DNA of 64,000 nucleotides from Cystobasidiomycetes sp. EMM_F5. Its lineage: Eukaryota. The notes beneath the pieces were generated by a model that made no database searches, had not been told where the DNA came from, and worked only from the letters and a program-made list of their open reading frames with translations. Position 1 is the first letter of the stretch, and every line of letters starts with the position of its first letter. Shown here piece after piece: positions 10,701 through 22,757 of this stretch. The position numbers were made by a program, and so were the translations under genes. The DNA lies in assembly GCA_051047955.1 (NCBI GenBank), contig JBPGPT010000001.1:868001-932000 (forward strand), read 5' to 3'.

Positions 10701-11155
10701 CTCCTATTTGATGGTCAATGTCCATTCGAATACTGCTTGAGGGGTCTATATCTGCTTTTAATTTGTTTGCAATGCTAAGCGTGTATTGGACGGTCTGGTC
10801 CATTTCTGGCGTCCCAACAATTCGGTAGCCGATAGTATCAGCATAGTGATGGATATAGTCAAGTGCCTGCGCTTCGCTGATTTGGGGCAGACCAGTCTCG
10901 GGGTGATGCAGCGACTCCAGTGGCGTAGGCAAATAATCTGTACGGCATTGAACGTCAAGCTTGGCTGTCAACCAGTCGCAATAGCTACGCACAGTGCAGC
11001 CTTGTCGAATACCATCCAACAAGTACGCAGTACGATATCAGCGTTCCCAGAAAGAGCAGGACTCTCAGCAGCTGGGTCGGCCGCAACGGTGGTGACGCAG
11101 CGGCCGCAGTATGAGCTTTGACATGACTGGGCGGACTGCGGGCCGTCGCAGACAT
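7796..11155 (-). CDS. M28-family ER membrane metallopeptidase (ERMP1-like)
   Basis: LINAHLDS, PGAADDAAGVAVMLE, IFLFNGAEE, VVNLEACGTGG, YHTRLD; multiple transmembrane segments; ATG 11155; last exon LLTAVAGVAVV* ends at 7796; many introns. Confidence 0.92.
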
Positions 11156-11318
11156 TGAATCCGGCAGACAGCAGATATTTTATGGCTGGCAAGAATACCG
11201 ATATCCGCGCAAGGACTAATAGCAAGTCAACAGCTAGAACGCTTTACGTGCGTGATTTGATCGAGCTCAAGACGTCCGTAAGCCGAGTGCCTCAGTATAA
11301 GTATTTCACAGCATTGAC

Positions 11319-11955
11319 CTAGTGCTTTGCTAGTGCTACAGGCGTGATGGTAGCCTTGGACATGTCCCAGGCTCCTCCTGCAGACGGTTCTTACATTCTT
11401 CAGACTCCGACGCTTTCGTACGCACAGAGGAAGCCAGACGTACCAGTCGTGTAGATATCCTTCTCGAGCATTTCTCGCGCTTTGGCAATGTTTTCTGCGT
11501 GGAAGAGCATGAAGCTGCCAGTCATTTGCGGTTTGGCGCCCGTAGCCGGATCTTCTTTGAGCGTTGCGCCTCCTTGAACTGTTCGAGGTGCGATGCCGTG
11601 TCAGTACGGCAGGAACTTGCGTGTACAAGTGACCTACTCAGAATTCCGCTCTCGTGGAGCTTGGCAGCTAGGGAAAGCCATAATCAGCGTGCTGCAATTT
11701 ACCGATACTTTCACCAGGTTCACCGTTGGCAAGGTGTTGTGGTCGGACGTCCATGCTGAGCCACGGCGTTGCCAGTCAGCTGGACCGCAGTAGTAGTCTC
11801 AACTGCAGCGCCTACCGCTTAGAGCCCTCGGTAAAGCTGGCCGATATTTGGCTCGTTCAGCATCTCTAGCAACCCCTCACAGGTCCAGGTCCATCAAAGG
11901 AAGCTCACTCTGGGAGCATGGCAAGATACGTGTTGAGCTTGGGTTCTGACGACAT
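11319..11955 (-). CDS. YCII-related domain protein
   Basis: Reconstructed over several short exons: MSSEPKLNTYLAMLPD|FTEGSKR|RMDVRPQHL...QMTGSFMLFHAENIAKAREMLEKDIYTT|GGAWD. PD..RRxxVRPxH and MxGS...LExDxY..GxWD are YCII hallmarks. Confidence 0.8.
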
Positions 11956-12664
11956 GATGGTTCGACCGGAGTGAAGCTGGCGTGCAAGACCTGTTTGCAG
12001 ATTGCGCGTAAAGAGACCGCGAAGCATGAAGAAAAGCGGCAGCGGGATCGATTTGTTGGTTACGGCTATATCGCGCCGGGATGTCTCTTATTATGGACGA
12101 CCTTTCGACAACGCCAGAGCGAGCGCCTTAAACTACAACCATCCTTTACGTTTCCGCCATCACGTCTGGCGCATCCAACATCTGTTGGCAACCGGCTACT
12201 GACAGGATCTCGTGTCGCACGGAAGCCAGCAAAATATCTTGCGACTTTAACGCTAGCAAGGAGGTCTTGCAGCGATGTAGCTTGTGCAGCTTTGTAACAT
12301 TCTAGCTGGACTACGCTCCACAACGCACGACTCGCGACTATTATCCTGATGCATTTATGACAATCTCGCGCGCTTCTCATCCGCCGGTCTCGACTAGGCG
12401 GACGCTACTCTCACCACAACGGGCATTTATCCGTCTCCGCTCCAGTTATGACGCAGTAGCGCTTCTCCGCCATTATCTTCGGGTCAGATAACGGACTTTT
12501 TGCGCAGCCGTAACTTGGCTGTACCTGACTTCACTGATAAGAAAGAGTCGAAAAAAAAGCCGGGGTTGAGATCACGGATGAGATGGCCATCAGCAGTGGT
12601 AGCTCATCTCGCCCGTAGCAGTCTTGCCTTTCCTCTCAAACAACCAATACTGAAGCAAGCAAGC

Positions 12665-15289
12665 ATGGGCTACTTTACTCGTGCTGACCTCCGCGAGAAG
12701 TACGGACTCGACGAAGTGGAGGAGCTTGAGAACTCGACCATCTCCTGGCCAGGCTTTGCCTCCATGTAAGCTCAGCTTGTTGACACCGGTACACTATGAG
12801 ACTGATGTGCTTTTAACGACAGCAAGAAGAAGCTGACTACAAAACATGGTTGGGTTGGGAGTTTCGACTTTGCCAATCTCTGCTTGCCGTGAGCTTCCAT
12901 CTTGGTACATGCGGACCTCACAGTGGTCCACCAAGGCTGAGATCTCTTCACCAGCACTCTCAATCCTTGGTCAAAGACGCCAAAGGCTAGACTCCGCAGA
13001 CGCACTCCATTCTACGGATTAAACGATGAGGTTAGACTGCGTCTCCGTAATCCGTGTGACCTCAACTGATTCGGCCACGACTTCAGCTGCCACTGGTGCT
13101 CGCTCTCGTCTGTGGTTTCCAACATTCGCTAGCAATGTTGGCAGGTAAATATTAATGTGCTGCAGGTTTGGATAACATACGCTGACTGGGCCTTGTATAT
13201 AGGTGTCATTACGCCCCCGATCATCTTCGCTTCTTCGCTGTCATTGGATTCGAGCACTCAAGTCTACATGGTAGCAGCTTCCCTCATCTGCTCCGGTATC
13301 CTGTCTGCTGTGCAGATGTCTCGTTTCCGCATCCCCGGAACAAACTACTACTTTGGAACTGGTCTAATTACCGTTGTCGGCACTTCGTTTGCAACACTCT
13401 CGACTGCAGCAGCAATCTTCACTGCTTTATATGCTGATGGCACTTGTCCAATGGTCACGTCTGCGGCTGGTGTCAAGACGCGCGGACCATGGTAAATTGA
13501 CTTTTATTTCAAAGCCCAAGGATGCAAAGCTAAGCATTGTCTGAACAGCCCCGATGCCTACGGCTACTTGCTCGGAACGGCTGCACTGTGCTCGCTTTTG
13601 ATGATGGGAATGAGCTTGTTAGTCGGCTCGCAGACTCCGTGTTCAACGAGCTGACGGCTTCGGGCGACACAGTATCCCAGCCCGTGTGCTGAGACGTATC
13701 TTCCCTCCCATGATCACCGGTACAGTCGTACGTGCTGCGCTTTGAGGCTATACAACCGTATATGTTGCTTACGGGCAAAGATAGGTTCTTCTCATCGGAG
13801 CTTCCTTGATCAGTCACTCAAGTTTCCCGAACTGGGGAGGTGGTTCAAATTGCCGAGCTCACCCGACAACTGGTATCTTCCAACTGTGTCCTACCATTTA
13901 TGCCCCCAACGCCGCTCCCTGGGGCTCTGCTCAATACCTCGGCCGTAAGTCACGCTAGATTCCGTACATCAACACAAGAATCGCTGACATTTCGTACAGT
14001 CGGCTTTTTGTCCTTCATCTCCATCATCATCGTTGAGCTCTTTGGATCTCCATTCCTCAAGAATGCAAGTATCATCGTCGGCTTGGCTATTGGGTGAGTG
14101 TATTCTCGAGATGTTTGACGCGCTCAGACTGACGTTGTTTGCAGTATGATTGTCGCTGGGCCAACTGGCTACGTCGACCCGGCTACCATTAAGTCCGCCC
14201 CCGTCATTACGTTCGTTTGGGTAAAGACATTCAAGCTCCGCGTATATGGACCGGCTGTACTGCCGCTTATGGCCGTATACATTTCCCTGGCCATGGAGGT
14301 AATGGGTGATATCAGTAAGCCATCTCTGAGGCAAGTCGAGAATTGCGCTAAGCGATGTGTGGCGCGCAGCTGCCTCAAGCGAAGCTTCCCAACAACCGGT
14401 CCGTGGATTACTCTACGACAGCCGCATTCAGGGCGGTATCCTGGCAGATGGCTTCAACGGCTTGCTTTCTGCGCTCATGACAAACTGCCCAATGAGCATT
14501 TTCGCACAAAACGTAAGACAAACGAAATATTCGTTCTAAGCAAAAAATCTGACTATGAATTGCTACAGAATGGAGTCATCAGCATTACCCGTTGCGCAAA
14601 TCGTACAGCGGGCTACTTCTGCGCCGGTATGTTCGCTGTTACCGCCTGATTCTTCCGCGCTAAGCCGCGCGCTGTCAGGTCTTATGGTATTCTATGGCGT
14701 GTTGGCAAAGATTTCCGGTGTCTTCCTTGCCATTCCGAATCCTGTTCTCGGAGGCGTCACTTCTTGTTAGTGGACATCATTTTAGGGTTGCGTGGTCGCT
14801 GCTGACATCGGTTATGCCCAACATCAGTCCTTTTCGCTACGGTGGTTGTTTCAGGCCTGAAGGTCATCTCGTTCACCGAATTCACACGCCGCAACCGCAT
14901 AGTGATCACTTCAGCACTCATGTTCGGCCTTGGTACCCTTTTGGTCGAAGATTGGTATGTGATGCAGCCAATGGCTTATATAGCTGTTGATTAACCGTGT
15001 TCATGTTTTCAGGACCAAGTACATCTTCACTTATTCGGGCACAAACCAGGCTCTTCAGGGCTTCATCAACAGTATCATCATTGTCCTCTCCACGCCCTTC
15101 CTCATCGCCGCCATTGTTGGCATTGCCGTGAACACTGTACTTCCAGAGGATGAGCCGGCAGATGTCGCAGAAGCGGAGCATGCGGATGATATCGAAGATG
15201 GCATTGAGCATGTCCTACCATCAGTCGGACAACCGAATGCAATGGAGAAGACATACTCTGATGATGATATCAAAGGCACTCCCATCTAA
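12665..15289 (+). CDS. Uric acid/xanthine permease (NAT/NCS2 family, UapA-like)
   Basis: GFQHSLAMLA|GVITPP, GTGLITVVGTSF, RIFPPMITGTV, NAT signature FAQN|NGVISITRCANR, IPNPVLGGVT, FTRRNRIVI; highly intron-rich. Confidence 0.93.
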
Positions 15290-15498
15290 GGGCGGCCCGC
15301 AGCTTAGACTTGATTCCATCACTTTAGCAGCAGAACATCGTGCTTTTTGTTGAGTGCTCGATTAATATGTACCCAAAGCACTTTCACGCCTCAATTAGCG
15401 GCACCACATGGAGGTCATTTCGGAAATCGTATTGCCTAATCCTATCCGGTTGACGGCATGTCAACTCCTTCCTTCACGTCCAGCAGCAAAGTGCAATC

Positions 15499-16753
15499 TC
15501 ATCTATTGCCCGTCTTCTTCTTCTTCTTGTGAGGCTTCTGCGCCGCGGCACCCTGCTGAACAGGTGCGGCCATCGATTTATTTGGATCCTCCGTAGCAAT
15601 ACCTTGCGTCATTGTAGCTTCAAGCTTCTTTCTCATTTTAAGACGGCGTTTCTCCTTCTCGCGTTCGCGCGCAGCGATAACCTCCGCGTAGCCTTTACGC
15701 TCTCGCTTCGGCAGCCAGCGTTCTGGATCGGGAGCAGGACGTTGCTCTTCGGGCAATGCTGCGACGGCGGGCGGCAGCCTAGGTTTGGATGCTGTCGCCT
15801 TCTTGGACTTCAGGGCTGCGCTCGATGACGCTTGAGGCATTGCAACGACCGCTTGCGGGCCGCGGGGCTTGTACAAGTGATGCGCAGCAATAAGTGGTGC
15901 TATTGGCGTCGTTTCGAGCATTTCAACAGATGGCAACGTGTGTGTCGATGAGTGTGCCATGTCTCCTAAGCGGGATGTGACAGTGGACATGAAGTCGACG
16001 TAGCTGTTGCAGGCGTCGAGATTGCTCGTAAGATCCGCGTACTCGGGCGATTCCTGCCATTACTTTTAGTCTTTCGTCCAGCAGTGTCACCCTACTGATT
16101 CAGACTCACTCTATCAGTATCCGCAAGCAGATCCTCGTAGAGTGTTTGCGCTGTTTCGAATTGTTCCAGGCGGTATTCCTATGTGATAAACCTGGTCAGT
16201 CCACAAACGCTCATTTCGTAGATTTCGTGTCGAAGCGCACCACCTGTGCTTCCAGAACGGCTGTGGTTCGTTCTATATCCGCATCGCTACTGGCTGTCTT
16301 GATGTCCTTGACAGTTGTTGCTGCCTGTTCAAACCTTCCAAGCTTGTATAGTGCATAGGAACGCTCGACGGCGTATGTTTGCGAGCGTGTCTCATCACGA
16401 TCTATGTACTGTAGCGCTTCTCTGTATCTGTCGAGCCCAAGCAGCAGCTGTATGTGGATTTGTCGTGCCAATTCATTTTCAGGTTGCAGTTCAAGGACTG
16501 TGGGGTGAGCAGGCTGTGAGCTCAAAGCCGTCTCAATCTTGCTAGACTGTCCACAGAGCTTACTCCTGTCGCACCTCTTCAGGGCTTTCTCGAGGTATCC
16601 ATCGCTTATTTGACTCTTGATGCTTTTCCAACTCTTTCGAACACGCTCTTCCACAGGAAGCAGGACCTTTTCCTTCTTGGCAGGCTTTCTGTGTCTATCA
16701 GCTGATACTGACGCCTTTGATGGACCCGCTTTACTCGTGCGCTGCGGCGGCAT
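15499..16753 (-). CDS. SRP72: Signal recognition particle subunit SRP72 (short form)
   Basis: N-terminal TPR-like segment (LLLGLDRYREAL...ERSYALYKLG...LEAQV|EYRLEQF) and the C-terminal RNA-binding motif PDPERWLPKRER...MTQG with a Lys-rich tail. Confidence 0.85.
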
Positions 16754-17422
16754 GTCGTTTGGCGAGAGCGAACCTAGCCCAAACTGTTTCTGACAACAGG
16801 AAAGCGGAAAAGTGATACGCTAATTTGATTATCGTACAAAACCGCTAGTAATCTGACGAAGCCGTCTCCTGGCCCTTCTGTCAAGCTCTGTTCCATCGTG
16901 AAAACCCCGCCAGACCGCAACATGGGAAGTCATCTGGGACATTGGGATGCATCACATAACTCGTTGCTCGTAATTGGCTCTCTCCTTAGCACCTCAGCAT
17001 CGTTTTCACCCACTTATTGACACGCTCTGACTGACTGGTCAATGCTGCTAGCGTAGATATCCTTTTGCAGCTATATATGCTAAGGCCGATTCTGCCAAAG
17101 ACCGAGAACACCCCCACATCCTCTGCTCATATGTGCGCGCTTTCGTGCATTGTCAGTGCGCTCGGAAAGTCTGCATGTATGCAAAAAGAAGCAAGCTAAG
17201 CTATTCCCATAAGACCATTGGCGCCAGGCGTATTTTTGCCGCACGTCTCATGGATGCCTATGTGCTCACAAGTGCGTGTGATTGAGGAGTTGGACAATAT
17301 TCGAGACGCGTTGCGCATATTTATCGTTTCGGTAATGGTAGTAGGATCGCCCTTAGTGGCGCTACAGGCTGATTGTCTATTCGGAACTATATGGTCTTCT
17401 CCATATCACCACCTCACACATT

Positions 17423-17777
17423 ATGAGCGGCGTGGTCACAGGAATCAATCGACGCTACATTGCTCCACTGGGCGTCCTGGCGGCTGTGAGTCTCGGACAA
17501 GCGGTCTGGCCTGGTCAGAGAGCTCGAGCTTAAACTCTACCTGTTTATCACCCTCTTCTTTCATTTATACCGAAAGGCCGCTGGAATTGCTTTATGGATC
17601 AGCTCCACACGTACCGCTCAGGGAGAGCGGGAGTTTGTTCGAGAAGCTCGGTCGCATCGACAGCATAGCGGGAACGATCAGCCGTTACGCGATGCTATCG
17701 ACAAGAGGCAGGAAGCTAGAGATAATCTCACCAATGATAACAACACGCAAAAGAAGGGAGGATTTGTCAAGCTTTGA
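17423..17777 (+). CDS. Small protein with one N-terminal hydrophobic segment (~87 aa)
   Basis: MSGVVTGINRRYIAPLGVLAA|AAGIALWISSTRTAQGEREFVREARSHRQHSGNDQPLRDAIDKRQEARDNLTNDNNTQKKGGFVKL*; GTGAGT donor, phase-0 intron splitting the hydrophobic segment. Confidence 0.5.
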
Positions 17778-18078
17778 CAGTATACGCGGTCAGGTTTGAA
17801 ATTCGCCACCAGATCTGCAACAAAGCAAAACAACACTATCAGATTGTGGACAAAGCTGAAGTGCAGCTGTGAGAACGAACAAAGAGGAGAATGTATTGCA
17901 AGTGTACTAGTGGCTCAGCCTTCCGTTGTAGCCTTCTTTCCAGACCTCCCTGACATCATGGGCACGACCCCTATCTTTAGATCTGCCCTCAGCATTGACA
18001 GTCCCAAGCCTGCAGCTTCCGCAAATCTTCCAAGTTGTGCTGCCATACGTTGAAGTATCACAATCCACTGCCTCTACG

Positions 18079-18482
18079 ATGTCGATGCCTCGCCATAGAA
18101 TGACGCTCCCAGTTGCGGGGATCCTTGCGGTATGTGCATCAAAAAGCAGCATAACAGCATGGTAGACTGACTGTGCGTTTGGTCGCAGCTGGCAGCCGGT
18201 GTTTTCTTCTACGGCAACAAGAGCGTCAACCCAATCGCGTCTGAGGGTCGTCCGTCAAAGCACAACCCACCTACTTCAAGCTCGATGAAGAACTCCCCAC
18301 CGGAGGAGGGCGAGAGCACCACGAATTACTCCAAGATCATGTCGCAAGGCACTTCTGCAACACAGTCGTCTGCAAAGGATGCATTCCAAGAATCAGTAAA
18401 GGGCACTCGGGCTGGCGGTGCGGATGCACATATTGACAACCGGACGCCTAGCAAGGAACGAGTTGCAAGAGGCGGCAATTAG
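18079..18482 (+). CDS. Small protein with one N-terminal hydrophobic segment (~114 aa)
   Basis: MSMPRHRMTLPVAGILA|LAAGVFFYGNKSVNP...VARGGN*; clean GTATGT..CTGAC..CAG intron joins in frame to ORF 18285-18482. Confidence 0.6.
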
Positions 18483-18593
18483 GCAGTAGATCGAGCAGTC
18501 AAGAGGACGATGCACGGTCTACAATAACAAAAGATCATAATTCGCGCGACATGCAAGGTGAAAGCGCACTGTAGTCCCAAACGGTGCATGCGT

Positions 18594-19877
18594 TCAGCTC
18601 ATTTCCAGACTATAACAGGCGGATGCGCACAAATGAGCGGACAAATGTATCATTGAGCATCATCAGTAATGCGATATTCCTCGGTAGCATGCCTAATATG
18701 ATTGCTTACCTTGCGCCGTCGTGAATCTCTGACGGATGGACGTGGGGCAATGAGCGGATTGACTTCTCGTGTCAAAACAAGCTGCCTCACCATAATCTTC
18801 CAGAGCGATGTGATCCTTGAATATTGTATACCATTTCTTGAGCACAATCTAATGCAGCTACGATCAGCACATCTTTCGATTTCGTATATCAGGCTTCTGC
18901 TAACCTTTTCCGGCTTCGTACCCTTTTGTGCGGCGATAAGTTTCTTGAGATCTCCCACCGTATCCTTCGGGCTATATGCGCGGGTTGTGTGAGCCGAGCC
19001 CGAGCGAGAGACCACCACGCAGCCCCACTGACCTGCACTTTACGCGAACTGCCGATTGCGCGCACAAGGTCTCAATTCCGAACAAGGTGGGTGTACAGAT
19101 AGAATGGCGACACACCTTTGCCTCCAAGCCTGTCGTTGGCAATGACTTCGATGAGCGGAACCACTCGTCTTTTGGCAGCAGGTGCAGCTGAAGCAGCTTG
19201 TGCTCTTGAGGCTATTATTGATTCGCGCGTCGGGGGGACGAACTGCTCGACTTGCTCTTCATTTGGACTTTCGTCTACTTGTAGAGGCGGTAAGTCTCCA
19301 CCAGCAGGAATGCCTTCTCGTGGTCTCCCTGCCGCAACTGTCAGCTTGATTTCGGTATTCGTTACAGAACGATGTGGTCCTCACGAGTGACAGCATCTCT
19401 CTCTTTCTCATTGGATCTCCTTGTATTGTGGTCCTCTCCGCTCCGCCTATCTGGACTTCTGCTTCGACTTCGACTCCTGCTTCTTCGGCGTTCGTCCCGT
19501 CGGCCGTCTTCTCTGCGATCAGTGCGCCTATAGTCGTCTCGGTCTCGATATCGTCCTGCATCGTTGTCTCGAGAGTATTTTGACCTGTCCTGGCGGTCGC
19601 TATTGGATTTAGACTCTGGACTTGTTCTTCGTTCATGCCGCCGCGAACTGGAGGTGTATGAGTCCCTGCCATTGTCGCTTGATCTCATTTCCGAGCGACG
19701 ATAGTCTCTTCTATCGCGATCATAGCTCCTTGAAGTGTCGTGTCTACTGATACTCAAATCTGCGTCCGTATTTCTGCCTCGCCCAAAATTACCGATTTTA
19801 TCGCGGTAAGCAGGGCGGGTACTGCTTTGATGTGGGAGGGCGCGAGAGGAGCCCGCTAAGATTTCATCATCCGACAT
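18594..19877 (-). CDS. HUB1: Ubiquitin-like protein Hub1/UBL5 with long N-terminal RS/RD-rich extension
   Basis: Spliced C-terminal domain [71 protein letters not shown]; in frame via one intron with the RS-rich ORF starting MSDDEI at 19877. Confidence 0.88.
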
Positions 19878-20391
19878 GATTTTGCAACAGTCTTGACGTG
19901 AGGAAAGCCGTGATGGGATTGATCGATGCCGGACCACTCGGTAGGACAGGTGTTCGTTTCTAAGCTTCCACTAACTACAAAGTCGTCAGACATCTGTAAA
20001 ACAAAATGAATCAGGATACAATAGAGGATCTTGCACGGCTCAAGGTCAGTATGATCTGAGGAGTATCTTGCGTAATGTGCCACCATTGTTGATATTCGGC
20101 TCGTTTATAGGCCATCGCGGGCGAAAGACAAGCACGAGATTCGAGCAATAATCCTCAGATACCTGACGAGAAGGTACCGAAAGGAAGTGCTGCAGCAAAG
20201 ACCAGCTCCGGTGTGTCTGGCGGACCGGATGTTGGGCCCTTTGGCTGATGAGGTCATACGTTCCCAGCGCTCGCGAGCTATACCAAGGGTCTACAAGCAG
20301 AGGACGAGACAGTCACTACTTTTACCTCACTTTTACTCAACTTCTTGCTGACGTGGACCCAAACGGACAGGGTGCCTCAGTCAGATCTGAC

Positions 20392-20607
20392 ATGACTTCC
20401 ACAATTCCCTCCTCAATCGATGGGGAACCGACAGCACTACGAGATGAGCCGAAGCTAATTGCAAAGATAGGCGCACAAGCCCAAGATGCCAGCACTACCG
20501 AAGGAGCGCAACATTTCGATAATGCGGCTCAAAAGCTAGATGAAGCCTACAAACAAGACCAGGAATGGTTGGCAAAGCACCCTGAGCATGCTAATACGAG
20601 AATATAA
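20392..20607 (+). CDS. Small hydrophilic hypothetical protein (71 aa)
   Basis: MTSTIPSSIDGEPTALRDEPKLIAKIG...; protein-like composition in an otherwise empty gap; no recognisable motif. Confidence 0.35.
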   Translation: MTSTIPSSIDGEPTALRDEPKLIAKIGAQAQDASTTEGAQHFDNAAQKLDEAYKQDQEWLAKHPEHANTRI

Positions 20608-20953
20608 AGACAAATATCCAGATGATTAATAGTCCTAGCCAACCTAGCCAACGCGATGCGAATTCCCTGCCCAAACCTGCGAGAATCCTCCACAACGGCC
20701 GGAGAGCACACACAGGAGGCACGGCGGACATGGGAAATTTGAGGAACTCCTGACACAATGAAATAAAAGATGAGAGTAAGAACGAGATCTTTGCATTACA
20801 TGCTATGGACTTGCACACCTCATGCCGTCGAGGCAGTGCCGCCTACCTGACTGACTAACTAACAGAGAACGAATTTTCTGAGAGCTGGAAATATCTCCAT
20901 CATTCGTTAATACTACACTCGCTGTCCAAACAGTCCACCACACTCCCTAGATC

Positions 20954-22728
20954 ATGAATACCAGTGCTCAGTATGATCCGGAATATCAGGCGCGCAAGCT
21001 CGCTCAAGGACGAGGGTACCATTCCGATCCTTATCTGTTCGACCGGCTTCCAAATTCTCGCAAGGTGAGCATCACTCCACCCTCATCATTACGCATGTGT
21101 CTGAAAAGCGAATCTAGCCAGTACTGGTCGTGATTGTCAGCATGTGTCTACTGACAATTATACTCTTGGTTGTTGGCTTGGTCTACCCAGTACCTCAGTT
21201 CTCGCAGACGGGAGGATTGTTATCGTTGGCCTTGACTAGAAATGGCACTGCTCTGATATCGGGTGGCGAGGGCATAGCGACCATCACATCGACAATTCAT
21301 GCCAGAAGAGAATTCGTTGCGAATAGCAGTCTACCTGGCACATTCTTTGGCCCGCAACTGAATCAACGTGCGAAGGCTGAAGGCGCAGTGCGATACACCT
21401 CTCATACAGAGTATTGGGACGACAATTGCGGTTGCATGGCAACAAAGACTGCCGTATATTTTACTACACTGCGTACAACGCGGACTTTGAGGCCCACAGT
21501 CACCCTGCCGACTAATCGACCCCCAGCTTCAACACCGACAGGCGTCTCCGGAAGCAGCGCCGATTCAGATTATGATAAAAGCAATAATCCCGACGCGGGT
21601 GATTTTGTGGGTCTCTGGTTGGGTGTAATGGGCGGATGTCTTCAAAGACAGTCTGGAGTGCTTGTTTGCACAGGTTCAGCATTCTCGCCAAATTTTGCAG
21701 AGATATATGAACAGGTAGAACTCCCTCAGAATATTACAGCCTTGCTGCCGAACGGGACTGATGGCGCTCCCGCTGGTATACTCATGGGCGTAAGTGACCT
21801 CGCTGCAGTCATCGAACTACTACATGAAGTTGACAGCGCGCTTCTTCTAGATTGTCTCTTTCGGCGTCGGAGGGGGACTATACGCGGCTTCTCAATTCCA
21901 GTCGGTCATCCGGTATGCTCCTGGCCAGTGGGTCATGCAAGGCACCGACAGCGATCCGACTATGCTAGATCCACGACAGTGAGCTTCGCTTTTGGCAAGT
22001 CTTACACCATACTGATCTATATCTAGTCAATGGGTGCTGGCGATCTGTGCTGGAATAACAGCCGTTGCAGTTTTTTCCACAGTCGGTGCGTCTTTCGTGT
22101 TTTGTATTACAGCGGGTCGCTTACACACCTGGATCAGCTGCTGTCATTACACTTCGAAACGCCTTCAATTCTATCCCCGAAGCTGTGACAGCCTGGGATC
22201 GGTCTGGGTTGCTTGAAGCTAAGTTGCAGAATGGCTTCAAATTGCTTGCAAGTACCCAAATCCAGCGCTACCTTGTCGGTGACATGAGCAACTTACCTAT
22301 TAATTCAACAGGATGCGTCTGCTGTCATTGGCTGCCTAATACTTATGGCAGGCCTTGCCCTGATAGCCTACGTGAGCATACATACATCATACTCGCTTGA
22401 TGTATTTTTCTAATGACGGCTCAAACAGGATCTCTTCAATCCTTGGTAGGTCTAAAACCACTATGATTTGTTTACTTCCACTCATGGTGTTTTCCATCTG
22501 GAATTCCACAGGTGGTACAAAGGTCGGTAGTCCGGGATACTCATTACAAGGAAGGAGACTGAACTGCTGACAATCACAGCACGCGCTGAGAAATGGGTGG
22601 ATCCAGCCGTCTTATCTACAGCTAGAGCCGCTCGAGGTCAAGCAAGTCAATACGGCGAATCTGTATATGGCGGTTCTACCGTCCTTGGAACCCCTTTTGC
22701 TGGCACGCCCGGCACACCACGATATTAA
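20954..22728 (+). CDS. SUR7/PalI-like multi-pass membrane protein
   Basis: ATG 20954; first TM VIVSMCLLTIILLVVGLV; large luminal loop with GLWLGVMGGC-x8-C (claudin-like G-x-x-G-x-C); three further hydrophobic segments; several introns; TAA ends at 22728. Confidence 0.6.
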
Positions 22729-22757
22729 AGGGCTGACACCACGATATTAAAGGGCTG
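22714..22757. repeat. Perfect 22-bp tandem duplication ACACCACGATATTAAAGGGCTG x2
   Basis: Copies read directly at 22714-22735 and 22736-22757. Confidence 0.95.

Noticed and set aside
16920..17290. Possible additional small spliced gene
   Set aside because: Splice-like signals are present but I could not build a consistent reading frame.
17218..17799. 193-aa plus-strand ORF from the track
   Set aside because: TTG start and no motif; a spliced model in another frame (17423-17777) is more convincing.
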